A DNA stretch of 64,000 bases from Negaprion brevirostris. Taxonomy: Eukaryota. A program made the position numbers and the translations under genes. The stretch covers positions 72,167,458 to 72,231,457 of the forward strand of contig JARDVH010000106.1 of assembly GCA_030324005.1 (NCBI GenBank). Direction: 5' to 3'. Below are positions 51,681 to 63,699 of this stretch, piece after piece. Position 1 is the first letter of the stretch; each line of letters starts with the position of its first letter. The notes beneath the pieces are model-generated. The model ran no database searches, had not been told where the DNA came from, and worked only from the letters and a program-made list of their open reading frames with translations.

Positions 51681-52264
51681 TATTACACTGTATTTCTAGG
51701 TATAAAAATGCATGAAGAAAAGTATGCCAAGAAAGGAACTGGTCTGGTACTTGGGAAAAGCAGGATAATCCAACTAATTTCCTTATTCAACTTATCTCTG
51801 CTGGGTAACTGTCTTATGTGACTTCTTAATAATGAGTTTTGTCTGGACTCAGAGTATATCATTTTCCGTCATTCATACTACCTGTTTTCATTATCAAAAA
51901 GAAAGATTTGCATCTGTCACAAGTCAGGACATCCAAAAGCACTTTAAAGCCAATAAGTTACTTTTGAAGTGTGGTCATCATTGTAGTATCAATTGAGTGA
52001 GATGAATGTGACTGCCCTAGTTGGCATTAAGGAGCCCTGACAAAATTTAAGAAGGTGGGAATTGGAAAAAGCTCTCCACTGGCTTGAGTCATACCAAACA
52101 CCAAGAAAAATGAGTGTGGCCTTTGGAGACCAATCATCTAATGTCCCAGGACATCACGCAGTTCCTCTGGGTAGTGCCCTAGGCCCAAGTACCTTCAGCT
52201 GCTTCAAACATGACCTTCACTCTGTCATAAGTTCAGTTATTAGTACACTGTCCTCCATGAATTG

Positions 52265-53665
52265 TCAGCCATGGCTTGCTGGGTAGGAGTCTCAATTCTC
52301 AGTTAGAAGGTTGTGGGTTCAAGTACACCCTTGTAAGAATGGGATAGGGCGCTCGACTCATCGGTCGACAGTTCTGATGCGACACAGCAAAAAACCACAC
52401 CGACCTCAGAAGACAAACATGGGACACGGTGGACACAGTACCCTTCATCGTTTAGTACTTCCCTGGAGCGGAGAAACTACGACATCTTCTTCAGAGCCTT
52501 CAACGTGTCATCAACAAAGACGAACATCTCGTCAAGGCCATCCCCACACTCCCACTGCTTGCTGTCAAACGATCCATTATTTGCAGCAACTACCCAGCCT
52601 TGCTGAAGAACAACAATGATGACACCACAGAACCCTGCCTTGGCAACCTCTGCAAGACGTGCCAGATCATCAACCAAGGTACCAACATCACACTTGAGAA
52701 CACCATCCACCAAGTACCTGGTACATACTAATGCGATTCCGCCAATGTTGCAGGAAAGGATGTCCCAGGACATGGTACATCACTGAGACCGTATGGCACA
52801 CATACGTTACTTGGCCAAGTCTGGATTTTTGAGGTCTTGCTGCATTTGGACGTGGTTGGCTTCAGTATCTGAAGAGTCACAACAACGGACGAACGGACAC
52901 TGCATGACAATCACCTGGCAGGAGTCAGGGAACACTTCCGCAGTCAAGAGCATTCAGCCTCCGATCTTCAGGTAAGCAATCTCCAAGGCGGCCTTCAAGA
53001 CACACAGCAAGGCAGAATCATCAAGTAGCAACTGACCGGTGAGTTCCGCACAAATAAGAACGGCCTGAACCGGGACCTTGGGTTCATGTCACACTACATG
53101 TAACCCCTACCATTTGGCCAGGGCTTGCAAAATCTTACTAACTGTCCTGGCTTGAGACAATTCAGACTTCTTTAACCTGTGATTATCCTTCTCCACTTGT
53201 ATTGTCTGTACCTGTAGAGACTTGATTAGTAAAGACTCACATTCCAGCCAATCTTGCAATTGAGTCTTTGTCTATCTAAGGCCTGTTTGTAAACCCACCT
53301 CTCCACTCACCCAATGAAGGAGCACGCTCCAAAAGCTCATGATACCAAATAAACCTGTTGGACTTTAAGCTGATATTGTGAGACTTCTTACTGCATTCAA
53401 GTACCTCAGTCCAGAAACTGGAGAACTAACTCAGGTAGTGCAGTGTCGAGAGACCAAAGTCGTTTGGATGAGACATTAAACTGGGGCCCTGTTTGTTCAT
53501 TCAGGTGGTTGTAAAAGATCTCATTTTGTAAAAGAGCATAGGAGTTCTTGCTAGAATCTAGGCTGATGTTTACCGCTCAATCAATATCTCTATAAATAGA
53601 TGATCTGGTCATTATTTTAATACTGTTGTATGTGGGAGCTAGCCCTATGTAAATTGTATTTCTTT
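52265..53665 (+). mobile_element. DeuSINE/SacSINE1-like SINE split by a Penelope insertion
   Basis: Head ..AGAAGGTTGTGGGTTCAAGTAC at 52265-52326; the Deu domain (TTTGGATGAGACATTAAAC..CAGGTGG) resumes after 53396. Confidence 0.65.
52327..53395 (+). mobile_element. Penelope-like element, GIY-YIG region (frameshifted) and pLTR
   Basis: Nucleotide similarity to 37660-38715 (GGAGCGGAGAAACTACGACATCTTC..GCAACCTCTGCAAGACG..GAGAACACCATCCACC). The pLTR hammerhead is mutated (CCAATGA..AAAA). Confidence 0.88.
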
Positions 53666-54050
53666 TTATCATTCTTTCCCGGGATGCAAGCATCACTGGT
53701 TAAGCCAGCATTTGTTGTCCATACTTAACTGCCTTTGAAAAGGTGGTAATAAGCTCCCTTCTTAACCTGCTGATTCAGTGATGGTAATGCCATTGAATGT
53801 CATGGGGCGATGGTTAGATTCTCTATTGCTGGAGATAGCAATTGCCTGGCGCTTGTGTGGCACACATACATTACTTGCCCAAGTCTGGACTTTTGAGGTC
53901 TTGCTGCATTTGGACATGGTCGGTTTCAGTATCTGAAGAGTCACAGTTACCAGCGAATATCCCCATTTCTGACATAATGGAAAGAAGGTAATTGATGAAG
54001 CAGCTGGAGATGGCTGGGCCAAGGACAGTACCCTGAGGATCTCCTTTAGA
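53665..54050 (-). mobile_element. CR1/L2-clade LINE 3' fragment (different family)
   Basis: PQGTVLGPAISSCFINYL..MGIFA; MQQDL; KRQAIAISSNRESNHRPMTFNGITITES. Related pieces lie at ~13350, ~31550, ~34150 and ~52030. Confidence 0.7.
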
Positions 54051-54819
54051 AACGTCAGCCACGATTCTCCCAAAAGCACTGAATTGCTGGGGAAAATGTG
54101 CTAAATGTCAATTGTTTTGTCAGTTCAACTTCTCACCCGAATCTCCCCACTCTGTGCACTGCAGAGGTCCCAATCGTGAATCTCATTAAAAACCCGGGGG
54201 CGGGGGTGCCTATTCACACCAGAGTCTGTCAGTTCTGGAACTCTGTGCATGTGCAGTAGCCCCGACCTGTCAGTCTCCCCGATCACTGGCCATTCTGGGA
54301 CCCCCGCAGTGCTGCCTCTCCTGCTCCCCCCATGNNNNNNNNNNNNNNNNNNNNNNNNNNNNNNNNNNNNNNNNNNNNNNNNNNNNNNNNNNNNNNNNNN
54401 NNNNNNNNNNNNNNNNNNNNNNNNNNNNNNNNNNNNNNNNNNNNNNNNNNNNNNNNNNNNNNNNNNNNNNNNNNNNNNNNNNNNNNNNNNNNNNNNNNNN
54501 NNNNNNNNNNNNNNNNNNNNNNNNNNNNNNNNNNNNNNNNNNNNNNNNNNNNNNNNNNNNNNNNNNNNNNNNNNNNNNNNNNNNNNNNNNNNNNNNNNNN
54601 NNNNNCTCTTCCTGCGTATTTCAGGTGGGTGAATCTCACTTGACGGATACTGCCAGTGGGAAATACGCCTGTTTTCCTGCTGAGTTGGTACTTATTTCCA
54701 ATTTGACTTAATTGCACCCCATAATATTTATATAGACAGCATAAATTCTCTCTGTCCCAATACACCAGACAATTTCTTGCAACTCAACTAACTCTACACA
54801 GTGTTTCCTACAATGTAAT

Positions 54820-55130
54820 ATAATACCATAAGGTGTCAGAGCCTTGATTGAATCAGCCTCCACCACACTTCCAGGCACTGCATTCCAGACCCAAACCACT
54901 CACATCACTTCCTCACGTTGCATTTGCTTTTTTTGCAAATCACTTTAAATCTGTGTCCTGTTGTGGTTGATCCTTTTACAAAAGGGAGGTTTCTCCCTAT
55001 CTGCTCTGTCCAGCGCCCTCAATTGTCAATATCTCTCACAAATTTCCTCTTAGCCCTTTTCTCTCCAAGCTCCTAGCCTCTCCAATCTATCCTCAAAACT
55101 GAAGTTCCTCATCCTTGGAACTATTCTTAT
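54820..55130 (-). mobile_element. CR1 3' fragment
   Basis: VWVWNAVPGSVVEADSIKAL. Confidence 0.7.
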
Positions 55131-55639
55131 ATATTACATTCTAAAAGCAGGTTCGACATGATTGAGTTCTTCAGGGGAAAATAAATATCATGTCATCTAT
55201 TGAAATTGACTTGTAAAAGAGATATTGTGGGGAGTTCCTGGATTTGCAGAGAGTGTTGCTGTATCCTTGAAGGGAGGGCAATGGATTCAGTGGCTACGTG
55301 ACAGAGCTACAGATAAGGGGCTGTAGTGACACTGCCTCTGGATCTGCAGCAGAACAGGGAGCAGAGACTGTGAAGGGAGGAAGCTCTGCGCAATGCCCTT
55401 CCAACTTGCAGTTGGCCCTTGTCAGTGACTGGAGACTGTTTGTTTGACTGGCCAGGAGTAACACAGCCTCACATGTATGCTTACCTATCAGCACTCTCCT
55501 GTGTTACCCAGCCCCCTCCTCCCAACTCTCCCCACCCGAAATGGGCAGAAACCAATTCCAAATCAGCCTCTAGGTAGTATTGAGTTGGACTCACTGACCA
55601 TCCAACTTGCCACATCCCTCCGGCTAATGTTGCTAAGTT

Positions 55640-56425
55640 TGATTTTATTTCATTTTATTTATTACTGCCACATGTATTAACACACAGTGAAAGTATTGTT
55701 TCTTGCATGCTATACAGACAAAGCACATCGTTCATAGAGAAGGAAATGAGAGAATGCAGAATGTAGTGTTACAGTCACAGCTAAAGTGTAGAGAAAGATC
55801 AACTTAATGCTAGGTAGGTTCATTCAAAAGTCTAATGGCAATGAGGAGGAAGCTGTTTTTCAGTCGATTGGTACGTGACCTCAGAATTTTGTATCTTTTT
55901 CCCAGTGCAAGGAGGTGTTCTCTTTCTTCTTTAGAGAATGTCTGGGGTGCATGGGATCCTTAATAATGCTGGCTGCTTTGCCAAGGCAGTGGGATGTGTC
56001 GAGAGAGTCAGTGGATGGGAGGCTGGTTTGCAAGATGGATTGGGCTACATTCACGACATTTTGTAGTTTCTTGTGGTTTTGGGCAGAGCAGAAGTCATAC
56101 CAACGTGTGATACAACCAGAAAGAACGCTTTCTATGGCGCATCTGTAAAGCTTGGTGAGAGTCGTAGCTGACATGCCAAGTTTCCTTAGTCTTCTGAGAA
56201 AGTAGAGGCGTTGGTAGGCTTTCTTTAACTATAGTGTCAGATGGGAGGACCAGGATAGATTGTCAGTGATCTGGCCACCTAAAAATTTGAAGCTCTTGAC
56301 TCTTTCTACTTCATCCCCAATGTAGACAGGGGCATGTTCTCCTATACGCTTCCTGGAGTCGATGACAGTCTCCTTCATTTTGTTGACATTGAGGGAGAGA
56401 TTATTGTTACAGCACCCGTCCACCA
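55640..56425 (-). mobile_element. Rex1/Babar LINE 3' end
   Basis: NNLSLNVNKMKETVIDSRK..LYRCAIESVLSGCITRWY; AATAAAATGAAATAAAATCAAA tail. Confidence 0.9.
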
Positions 56426-56545
56426 GATTCTCTCTGTGATTTGTGNNNNNNNNNNNNNNNNNNNNNNNNNNNNNNNNNNNNNNNNNNNNNNNNNNNNNNN
56501 NNNNNNNNNNNNNNNNNNNNNNNNNNNNNNNNNNNNNNNNNNNNN

Positions 56546-57965
56546 ATACAACCAGAAAGAATGCTTTCTAAGGTGCATCTGTAAAAGTTGGTGAGAGTCG
56601 TAGCTGACATGCCAAATTTCCTTAGTCTTCTGAGAAAGTAGAGGCGCTGGTGGGGCTTTCTTAACTATAGTGTCAACGTGGGAACGCCAGGACAGGTTGT
56701 TGGTGATCTGGGCACCTAAAAGCTTGAAGGCTCAACCCTTTCTACTTCATCCCCATTGATGTAGACAGGGGTATGTTCTCCTTTACACTTCCTGAAGTCA
56801 ATGACTATCTCCTTCATTTTGTTGACATTGATAGAGAGATCATTGTTGCCACATCAGTACACTAGATTATCTACCTCATTCCTGTTCTCTGTCTTGTTGT
56901 TTGAGATCCAAGCCACTACAGTGGTGTTATCAGCAAACTTGAAAATCGAGTTGGAGGGGAATTTGTCCGCACAGTCATAGATGTATAAGGAGTATAGTAG
57001 GGGGCTGAGAACACAGCCTTGTGGGGCACCGGTGTTGAGGATGATCGTGGAGGAGCTGTTCTTTCCTATCCTTACTGACTGTGGTCTGTGAGTTAGGAAG
57101 TTCAGGATCCAGTCACAGGGAGGTACCGAGGCCCAGGCCACGGAGTTTGGAGATGAGTTTTGTGGAAATAATGGTGTTGAAGGCTAAGCTGTAGTCAATA
57201 AATAGGAGTCTAATATAGATGACTTTGTTGTCTACGTGTTCCAGGGTTTAGTGCAGAGCCAGGGAGATGGTGTCTGCTGTGAACCTGTTGCGGCGATAGG
57301 TAAATTGTAATCGAACCAGGCAGTCGGGACGCTGGAATTGATCCATGCCATGACTATCCTTTTGAAACACTTCAGAATGATGGATATCAGAGTCATTGGC
57401 CAATAGTCATTAAGGCACGCTGCTTGGTTTTTCTTAGGTATCAGGATGATGATTATCTTCTTGAAGCAGATAGGGAACACAGATTGTTGCAAAGAGAGGT
57501 TGAAGATGTCTGCGAATACTCCCACAGCTGATCTGCACAGGATTTGAGTGCTCGTCTAGGTACTCATCCAGTCCAGTCACTTTCCGTGGGTTGACCTCCA
57601 AGAAAGCAGCACTAACATCTACAATGGTGACCCCAGATACAGATTCACCCAGGGCTTCCAGGGTGGAGGGTGTGGTCTCGCTGATCCCTAGCTGAAAACA
57701 CAATGAGTGTTGCTCAGAATGCAATGAGCTCATCAGAGAAGGTGCATTGGAGCGGCGATTTTACATCTTGTCGGCTATAATGTCTTGCAGTCTTTGCCAT
57801 AGTCGGCAGGGATTGGTATGGCTAGCCTGGGGTTCTAGCTTGGTTCAGTATTACCTTTTGGCATCTTTGATGGATCTCCTTATTATATCTGGTTTTCTTG
57901 TGTAGGTCAGGATCTCCTGACTTGAATACCTCAGACCTGGACTTCAGAAAACAGTGGATATGAAA
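56546..57965 (-). mobile_element. Rex1/Babar LINE, second copy with the RT
   Basis: [54 protein letters not shown]. Confidence 0.9.
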
Positions 57966-58199
57966 TCATGTTCATGCATGGTTTCCAGTTGGGGAACACC
58001 TGGATTTGTTTCTTTGGCACACAGTTCCCCTTGCCACCTCTCCCGAGCACGGCTGGTTCTTACATCCTCATGTTCCTGGCCGTACACACTGGATCCTTAC
58101 CAGCCCCATTTCTGCTGTCAAACTTGTATTGCACCTCAGAAATAAATATCTGCACCAATAGAGCTCATCTTCCCTCAGAAACTACTCACTAATTCAGAG

Positions 58200-58910
58200 C
58201 TAGAAAAACCAACTCCTCCTCTCTGCTATCTCCACCTTCCAGAGCTTTCTCTCTGTCGCACTCTGTGCATTATCAAGAGGCTGCCAGCCAATCAGCTGTT
58301 GCCACATGGCCAAGCATCAACAGTAATCAGCACCTTTGGATTTCTGGCCATGTGTGGCCTCACGGCTTCATAAAATGTTGATTGGTGAGCAGCAGAATAC
58401 TCTCCACATGTCTTGCTGGCAATGTTAACAATCAAGTGTGCAACAATTGATGACTGGTGCCTAGCCACGTGGTTTAGAGGGAACTTGCATTCACGTGCAT
58501 TCACCAGACTGTTGAAGAAACTGCTTTAGTAGGAACTCAGTCAAGGCAAAATATTTCGAGGAGGACAATGGAAACATTGTAAGGGTGTCCTCAAAGCATG
58601 CCTGAAGAGATCAAACATCCTGACTGACTCATGAGTGACCATGGCTTGTGACTGACCAAACTGAAGAAGGTTCATTCAGAAAGGCTATGAACGTATCAAG
58701 AGACGTCATTAGGAATATGCAGGGGCAAAATCAAGGCATTGGAGAGAGCTCACAAACCTCACAAGTCATGCAACCAACCCTTCAAGCATCACCTGCCCTG
58801 CATGTGACAGAGTCTGTACATCATGCAATGGACTTACCAACTCCACAGAACTCATCAAACAAAAGTGGAAGCAAGTCACCCTCACTCCTGAGGCATTGCC
58901 TAAGAGAGTA
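58200..58910 (+). mobile_element. RTE-clade LINE 3' part
   Basis: LLKKLL..GGQWKHCKGVLKACLKRSNILTDS*VTMACD*PN*RRFI..TCPACDRVCTSCNGLTNS-RTH (RTE C-terminal CxxC..H). Confidence 0.7.
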
Positions 58911-59769
58911 TTTTGTAGTTTTTAAAAATTTCTTTTTAGCTGATTATTGGAATGATTTTGAAGGAGCTGCAATAAAATGACAATACCTTCCCTCAATGGT
59001 CTACACCAGGAAATGGGGTCAGGCTATCTGAAATCAAGGTCTAGATTGTTTATTCTGATAATTATTTAAGATGCATTGTCACAGCATTTAGTGGTTCCTG
59101 AGGATGTGAAGCCCAGAGGAAATGTAAACAGTGTTATGTTCAAAATGTTCCATTCTGTTTGGCCTAATTGATATCTCCATGTCTGGAGGCCTCTTAGACT
59201 TGTGATTCAGATGGCAATAGTTGAACCGTTATTTAATTTACTTGTTTGAACCATGTGCCTAAAACATTGTGGCGAGATTCTTGAAGATTGAAACATCCAT
59301 GTTTTACATTTCTGATTCACTGTCATCGTGAACATTTAGAAGAACTTCCAAAATGCTTGTTCGTTGAATCATAGAAACTTACAGCACAGAGGCCATTCAA
59401 CGCATCATAATTGTGCTGGCTCTTTGAAAATAAATTTCAATTGCACAAAAAGTTAACCTGTGTGCTATTTTAATTTTAGATCCTGAATAATTTAATGTGT
59501 TGTAAAGAATTCAAAATAGCAACCTCATCCTTAATCATTCTTTTTAATTAACTCAACATGCTAATTTGCCTTACCATCAGGAATGCTGTAGGATAATTTT
59601 CCAGAAAGTTAACTTGCCCAGAAAAAGATGCAGGATATTAATTAATATTTGCTTTTTACACTGGCTGGAACGCAGTAAGAAATATTGACCTCAAGATGGA
59701 GTATATATGTAAAGAAATAAACCATACTAGAATGGATTTGTTGTTTAGTTTGGTCTTGTGTTTCATGTT

Positions 59770-60115
59770 TAGAGTCATAGAAGTTTACAGCATAGAAACA
59801 GGCCCTTCGGCCCAACTCTGTCTATGCCACTCCTTTTTTAATCCCTAAGTTAATCTCAATTGCCCGCATTTTGTCCATATCCCTCTAAACCCATCTTGCC
59901 CATGTAACTGTCTAAACGCTTTTTAAAACATAAAATTGTACCCACCTCTACTACTACTTCTGGCAGCTTGTTCCAGACACTCACCATCCTCTGTGGGGAA
60001 AAATTGTCCCTCTGGACCCTTTTGTACCTCTTCCCTCTCACCTTAAACCTATGCCCTCTAGTTTTCAACTCTCCTACCTTTGGGAGAAGATATTGACAAT
60101 CTGGCTGATCTGTGC
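59770..60115 (-). mobile_element. CR1 3' fragment
   Basis: KTRGHRFKVRGKRYK..FSPQRMVSVWNKLPEVVVE. Confidence 0.88.
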
Positions 60116-60789
60116 CCCAATAAACGAATCAATTTGGTCTTTAACACACCAACACTTTACTTACAACACCCCAAACAAGTTCAAGTTTACTTTGGTGGAG
60201 CTTGCTCCAAATTTAATCAGACTGATGTCCTCAGCAGCCCTAAGAGCAAGCTGTAGTTACCATTGCCCAAAGCGGCCACATCAGTATCCCATTCCCAGCA
60301 AGAANNNNNNNNNNTCATTAGGTGAGCCTTCGTGCTGCCAGTATACACCAGGAAAATTGGCACAAATTATGTGGAAGTAACATCACACAACAATTGTACT
60401 GACCAAAAGTTAAAACAGACCAGCAGCAAGTTTCTATTTTGTGACGAGCCTGTGAACATTACTTTTTTATTGGCTGTGCAGACTCAGAAAGTTGAATATT
60501 ATCACAAAGGCATCATGATGTAGAACCGATGAATTACAAATAGGAAAGGTGATTGCAATTCAGTGTCTTTCTTTAGTCTAGCCATTGCACGAATACTGAT
60601 TGCACAGCAAGAGATCCAGCAGTTTAGGAATGTAGGAACTTATGTGGAGATATCAAATGTCACAGCATGTTGACAATTTGGACTAAAGGTTCTGGCTTTC
60701 AGAGACTTGGAGTGCAATATTATAGATAGATTCTAAGTGCCAAGTGAGAAAATGGGAGAGAATTGCGATTTGCCTTTAGTGAGCTGAGA

Positions 60790-61690
60790 GCCGCAATCTT
60801 ATGGCATTTTGTGAGAGGGAAGGGGGGGGAGCCAGAGCTCACCTGGGAAGCTGGATGCTGAGGCATATTGTGTAGGCACCCCGGTCTCCCAGTCAACTCC
60901 ACCTTCCGCACCACCTCCCCTGTGCCTGCCCCAGAGACATAAGGAACCCCCGCCAATAATCCACTGTGCTGGTCCCCACCTCCACAGACATCAGTAGCTC
61001 TCCACAACATTGATTGCCCCCGTGTCTGTTTCCCCCACCCCACGGACCTTGCCAAGCCACCACTGTGAGGCCCCCCGACGATTACCCCCATCTGCAGAAG
61101 GTGGCAGGATGGCACAGTGGTTAGCACTGCTGCCTCAGCACCAGGTGACTGTGGAGTTTGCATGTTCTCTCCGTGTCTGCATGAGTTTCGTCTGGATGCT
61201 CTGGTTTCCTCTCACCATCTGAAAGATGTGCTGGTTAGGTGCATTGGCCATTCTCCCTCAGTGTATCCAAACAGGCACCAGAGTGTCGTAACTAGGGGTT
61301 TTTCAAGTAATTTCATCACAGTGTTCATGTAGGCCTACTTGTGACTGATAAATGAACTTTACTTTAGTTCCCCTTCCGTCCCCAATCACCACCACTACAG
61401 AGTTCCCTTCCCTCCCCGATCACCACTCCTGCAGAGCTCCTTGCTTCCCGATCACCACCCTTGCAGAGCTCCCCTTCCTTCACCTCTGTCATCACTCTGG
61501 ATGAAAACCAGCTGTGATTCTCACCAGTAGGAAGCTCAACTGACCAGCAAGTAAAGTCTGGGCACGAAGCTGATTTCACCGGCAAAAAAAGGGCCAGTAT
61601 AACAGTGGGAGCATTTCTGATTTCTCACCTCTCAGCCCAACGGACCACCTCGCCTAACATTGGTCAGATGAGGTTGTAAAATCGCATCCT
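60790..61690. mobile_element. Non-autonomous DNA element with an internal ~30-bp minisatellite (61375-61480), interrupted by a V-SINE
   Basis: GCCGCAATCTTA..GTAAAATCGCATCC inverted termini; three copies of CCCGATCACCAC..GCAGAG(C/T)TCC. Confidence 0.45.
61100..61365 (+). mobile_element. V-SINE (HE1-like head) with an alternative 3' tail
   Basis: GGCACAGTGGTTAGCACTGCTGCCTCA..GTGGAGTTTGCATGTTCTC..AAAGATGTGCTGGTTAGG; ends CCTACTTGTGACTGATAAATGAACTTTACTTT. Confidence 0.75.
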
Positions 61691-63169
61691 TGGCCTTCAC
61701 AGTTATTTGTTAACTTCTGAGGCATTGTGCTTAGCAGGAGAAATAGGAAAGTTACCTCCAAACTAACAATGTTAAACCACAATATCTAGACATCATCATT
61801 TCTGAAACTGAAATTGATCGAGATTGATTTGATTTGCTGTTTCAAGGCTCAAGAAATGAACATTTATTTATGAGGATTATTACAATTTAATTAAAAAGGG
61901 ATGACTGTTGTGTATCAAGGGAGAAAGTTTGTTGGAAGAGAGGGGGAAAATATTCAAGATTCACAAAATCTGTCCATGATTTGCAGTCATTTTGGACTGA
62001 TAAAATGGACTCAGAAATAGTTCGTCTGGTTATTTTGGTTATTAAGGAACACAAATAAAGAAACAAAATGTTTTCATAACTGAGGCCAAGTGGAAATATT
62101 TAAATNNNNNNNNNNNNNNNNNNNNNNNNNNNNNNNNNNNNNNNNNNNNNNNNNNNNNNNNNNNNNNNNNNNNNNNNNNNNNNNNNNNNNNNNNNNNNNN
62201 NNNNNNNNNNNNNNNNNNNNNNNNNNNNNNNNNNNNNNNNNNNNNNNNNNNNNNNNNNNNNNNNNNNNNNNNNNNNNNNNNNNNNNNNNNNNNNNNNNNN
62301 NNNNNNNNNNNNNNNNNNNNNNNNNNNNNNNNNNNNNNNNNNNNNNNNNNNNNNNNNNNNNNNNNNNNNNNNNNNNNNNNNNNNNNNNNNNNNNNNNNNN
62401 NNNNNNNNNNNNNNNNNNNNNNNNNNNNNNNNNNNNNNNNNNNNNNNNNNNNNNNNNNNNNNAGTGCTTTAAACTTATTTAAACAGGTTTTTAACAGGTA
62501 ATTTCTTATCTGTCTCTCTGCTCCTTCACTCGTCTGCTCGTCACAATGTGTGTGGATGTAACTTGTCACGTATGAAGCAAACAACATGTGAAAATATATA
62601 GTGCGTTGCACTGAAAAATGAGTCTCAGACATGCTTAGTTATTTGCCAATAGCATGTACAAAATCAATAAGAATGTTTTCACTCTGGCGAATGAAACAAC
62701 CATTTATATAATCAAGACATTGGCAAAAACACTATCAAAAACCAACTGTGAAAAAATCCAATTATAGTCAAACACACTGGTACCGGTCAGAGGAATTATA
62801 ACTAAAGAGTTATGTAGCATTTAGACTGGAAAATTAGGGGCTGGGGAAAATAGTACCAAACAAGGGATTTTCCACAAAATGGGTATGGGTAAAGAGATTC
62901 TTTTGTGACTACAGTTTATTGATGACATTTAAACTTTAACTTTCTGAATATTTTGCTTCATGTTACTTAGAAAGTATGTATCTTGTTGTGTCTGGGATAG
63001 ACCTTTGTGGGATTATCACTAGAAAAGAACAAGGGGGAACTGGGCGCAATGTTCATTTTATTTCTTATCTCTCCTATTTGAAGGAATGCACTCAGAGCAT
63101 TTCCCTTTCATCCCAGACGATTTTTGACATTCTCAATATGGGGGCCAGGAAATATGAACAGGGGGACAC

Positions 63170-63240
63170 ATACAAATAAGAGAATGGTTAGCACTCTGGA
63201 CTCTGAATCCAGTGGCCCAAGAATGCAAACCTCCAAAGTG
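63170..63240 (+). pseudogene. tRNA-Gln(CTG) pseudogene/relic
   Basis: 63183-63212 AATGGTTAGCACTCTGGACTCTGAATCCAG matches the vertebrate tRNA-Gln(CTG) D-loop and anticodon arm as I recall it. The acceptor stem and T-arm are destroyed. Confidence 0.7.
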
Positions 63241-63356
63241 TCTACACAGGAAGGAAGCTTGGTGACTTGCTGACCAATGGCTGAGACCACAGCTGCCTGG
63301 TTTTGGGCATCAAGCCATTTTGACCAGGGGAAAGCACACGAGGTACGCAGGATGCA

Positions 63357-63427
63357 GCATAAGGGTTTGGGGTTTGGACCCCCTGTATAGGCATGGTTTT
63401 GCCGGGGTTCGAGTCCCCGTGAATGCT
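63357..63427 (+). pseudogene. Degenerate tRNA-like element (Gly/Asp-like) with a perfect T-arm
   Basis: CGGGG-TTCGAGT-CCCCG (63403-63419); GCAT..ATGC partial acceptor pairing at tRNA-like spacing (~70 nt). Confidence 0.35.
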
Positions 63428-63699
63428 TATCTTGATTGCAGCGGTCCCGGTTTGATTGATTACCTACGTTCAAAAGTCCACGCCAGTTTTTTTTTATTGC
63501 TGCGTTATTCTTTTCTGCCACATGATGGTGCTCTGGACCAAATGATTTCACTCTGCTACAATTGTAAATATCTTAACCCTTCGTTAGCTTTAACTGTTCT
63601 TCATTTGTCTTAACTGTTTCAGTGTTTGTCGATCTTTGTCTCTCTGTATGTATCCATGTCCAACAACGGCCGGCAGAATAGAACAGATCCCCTCTTTGA

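Noticed and set aside
55640-56850. Repeated Rex1 segment as a pure assembly duplication
   Set aside because: The two versions differ at many positions, so they look like separate copies. The gap prevents telling tandem from nested.
61375-61480. CRISPR-like spaced repeats
   Set aside because: Degenerate tandem minisatellite with no unique spacers, in a vertebrate context with no cas genes.
62498-62520. 23-bp indel starting AG|GT as a micro-intron
   Set aside because: Too short for a spliceosomal intron, and it ends in TG rather than AG.
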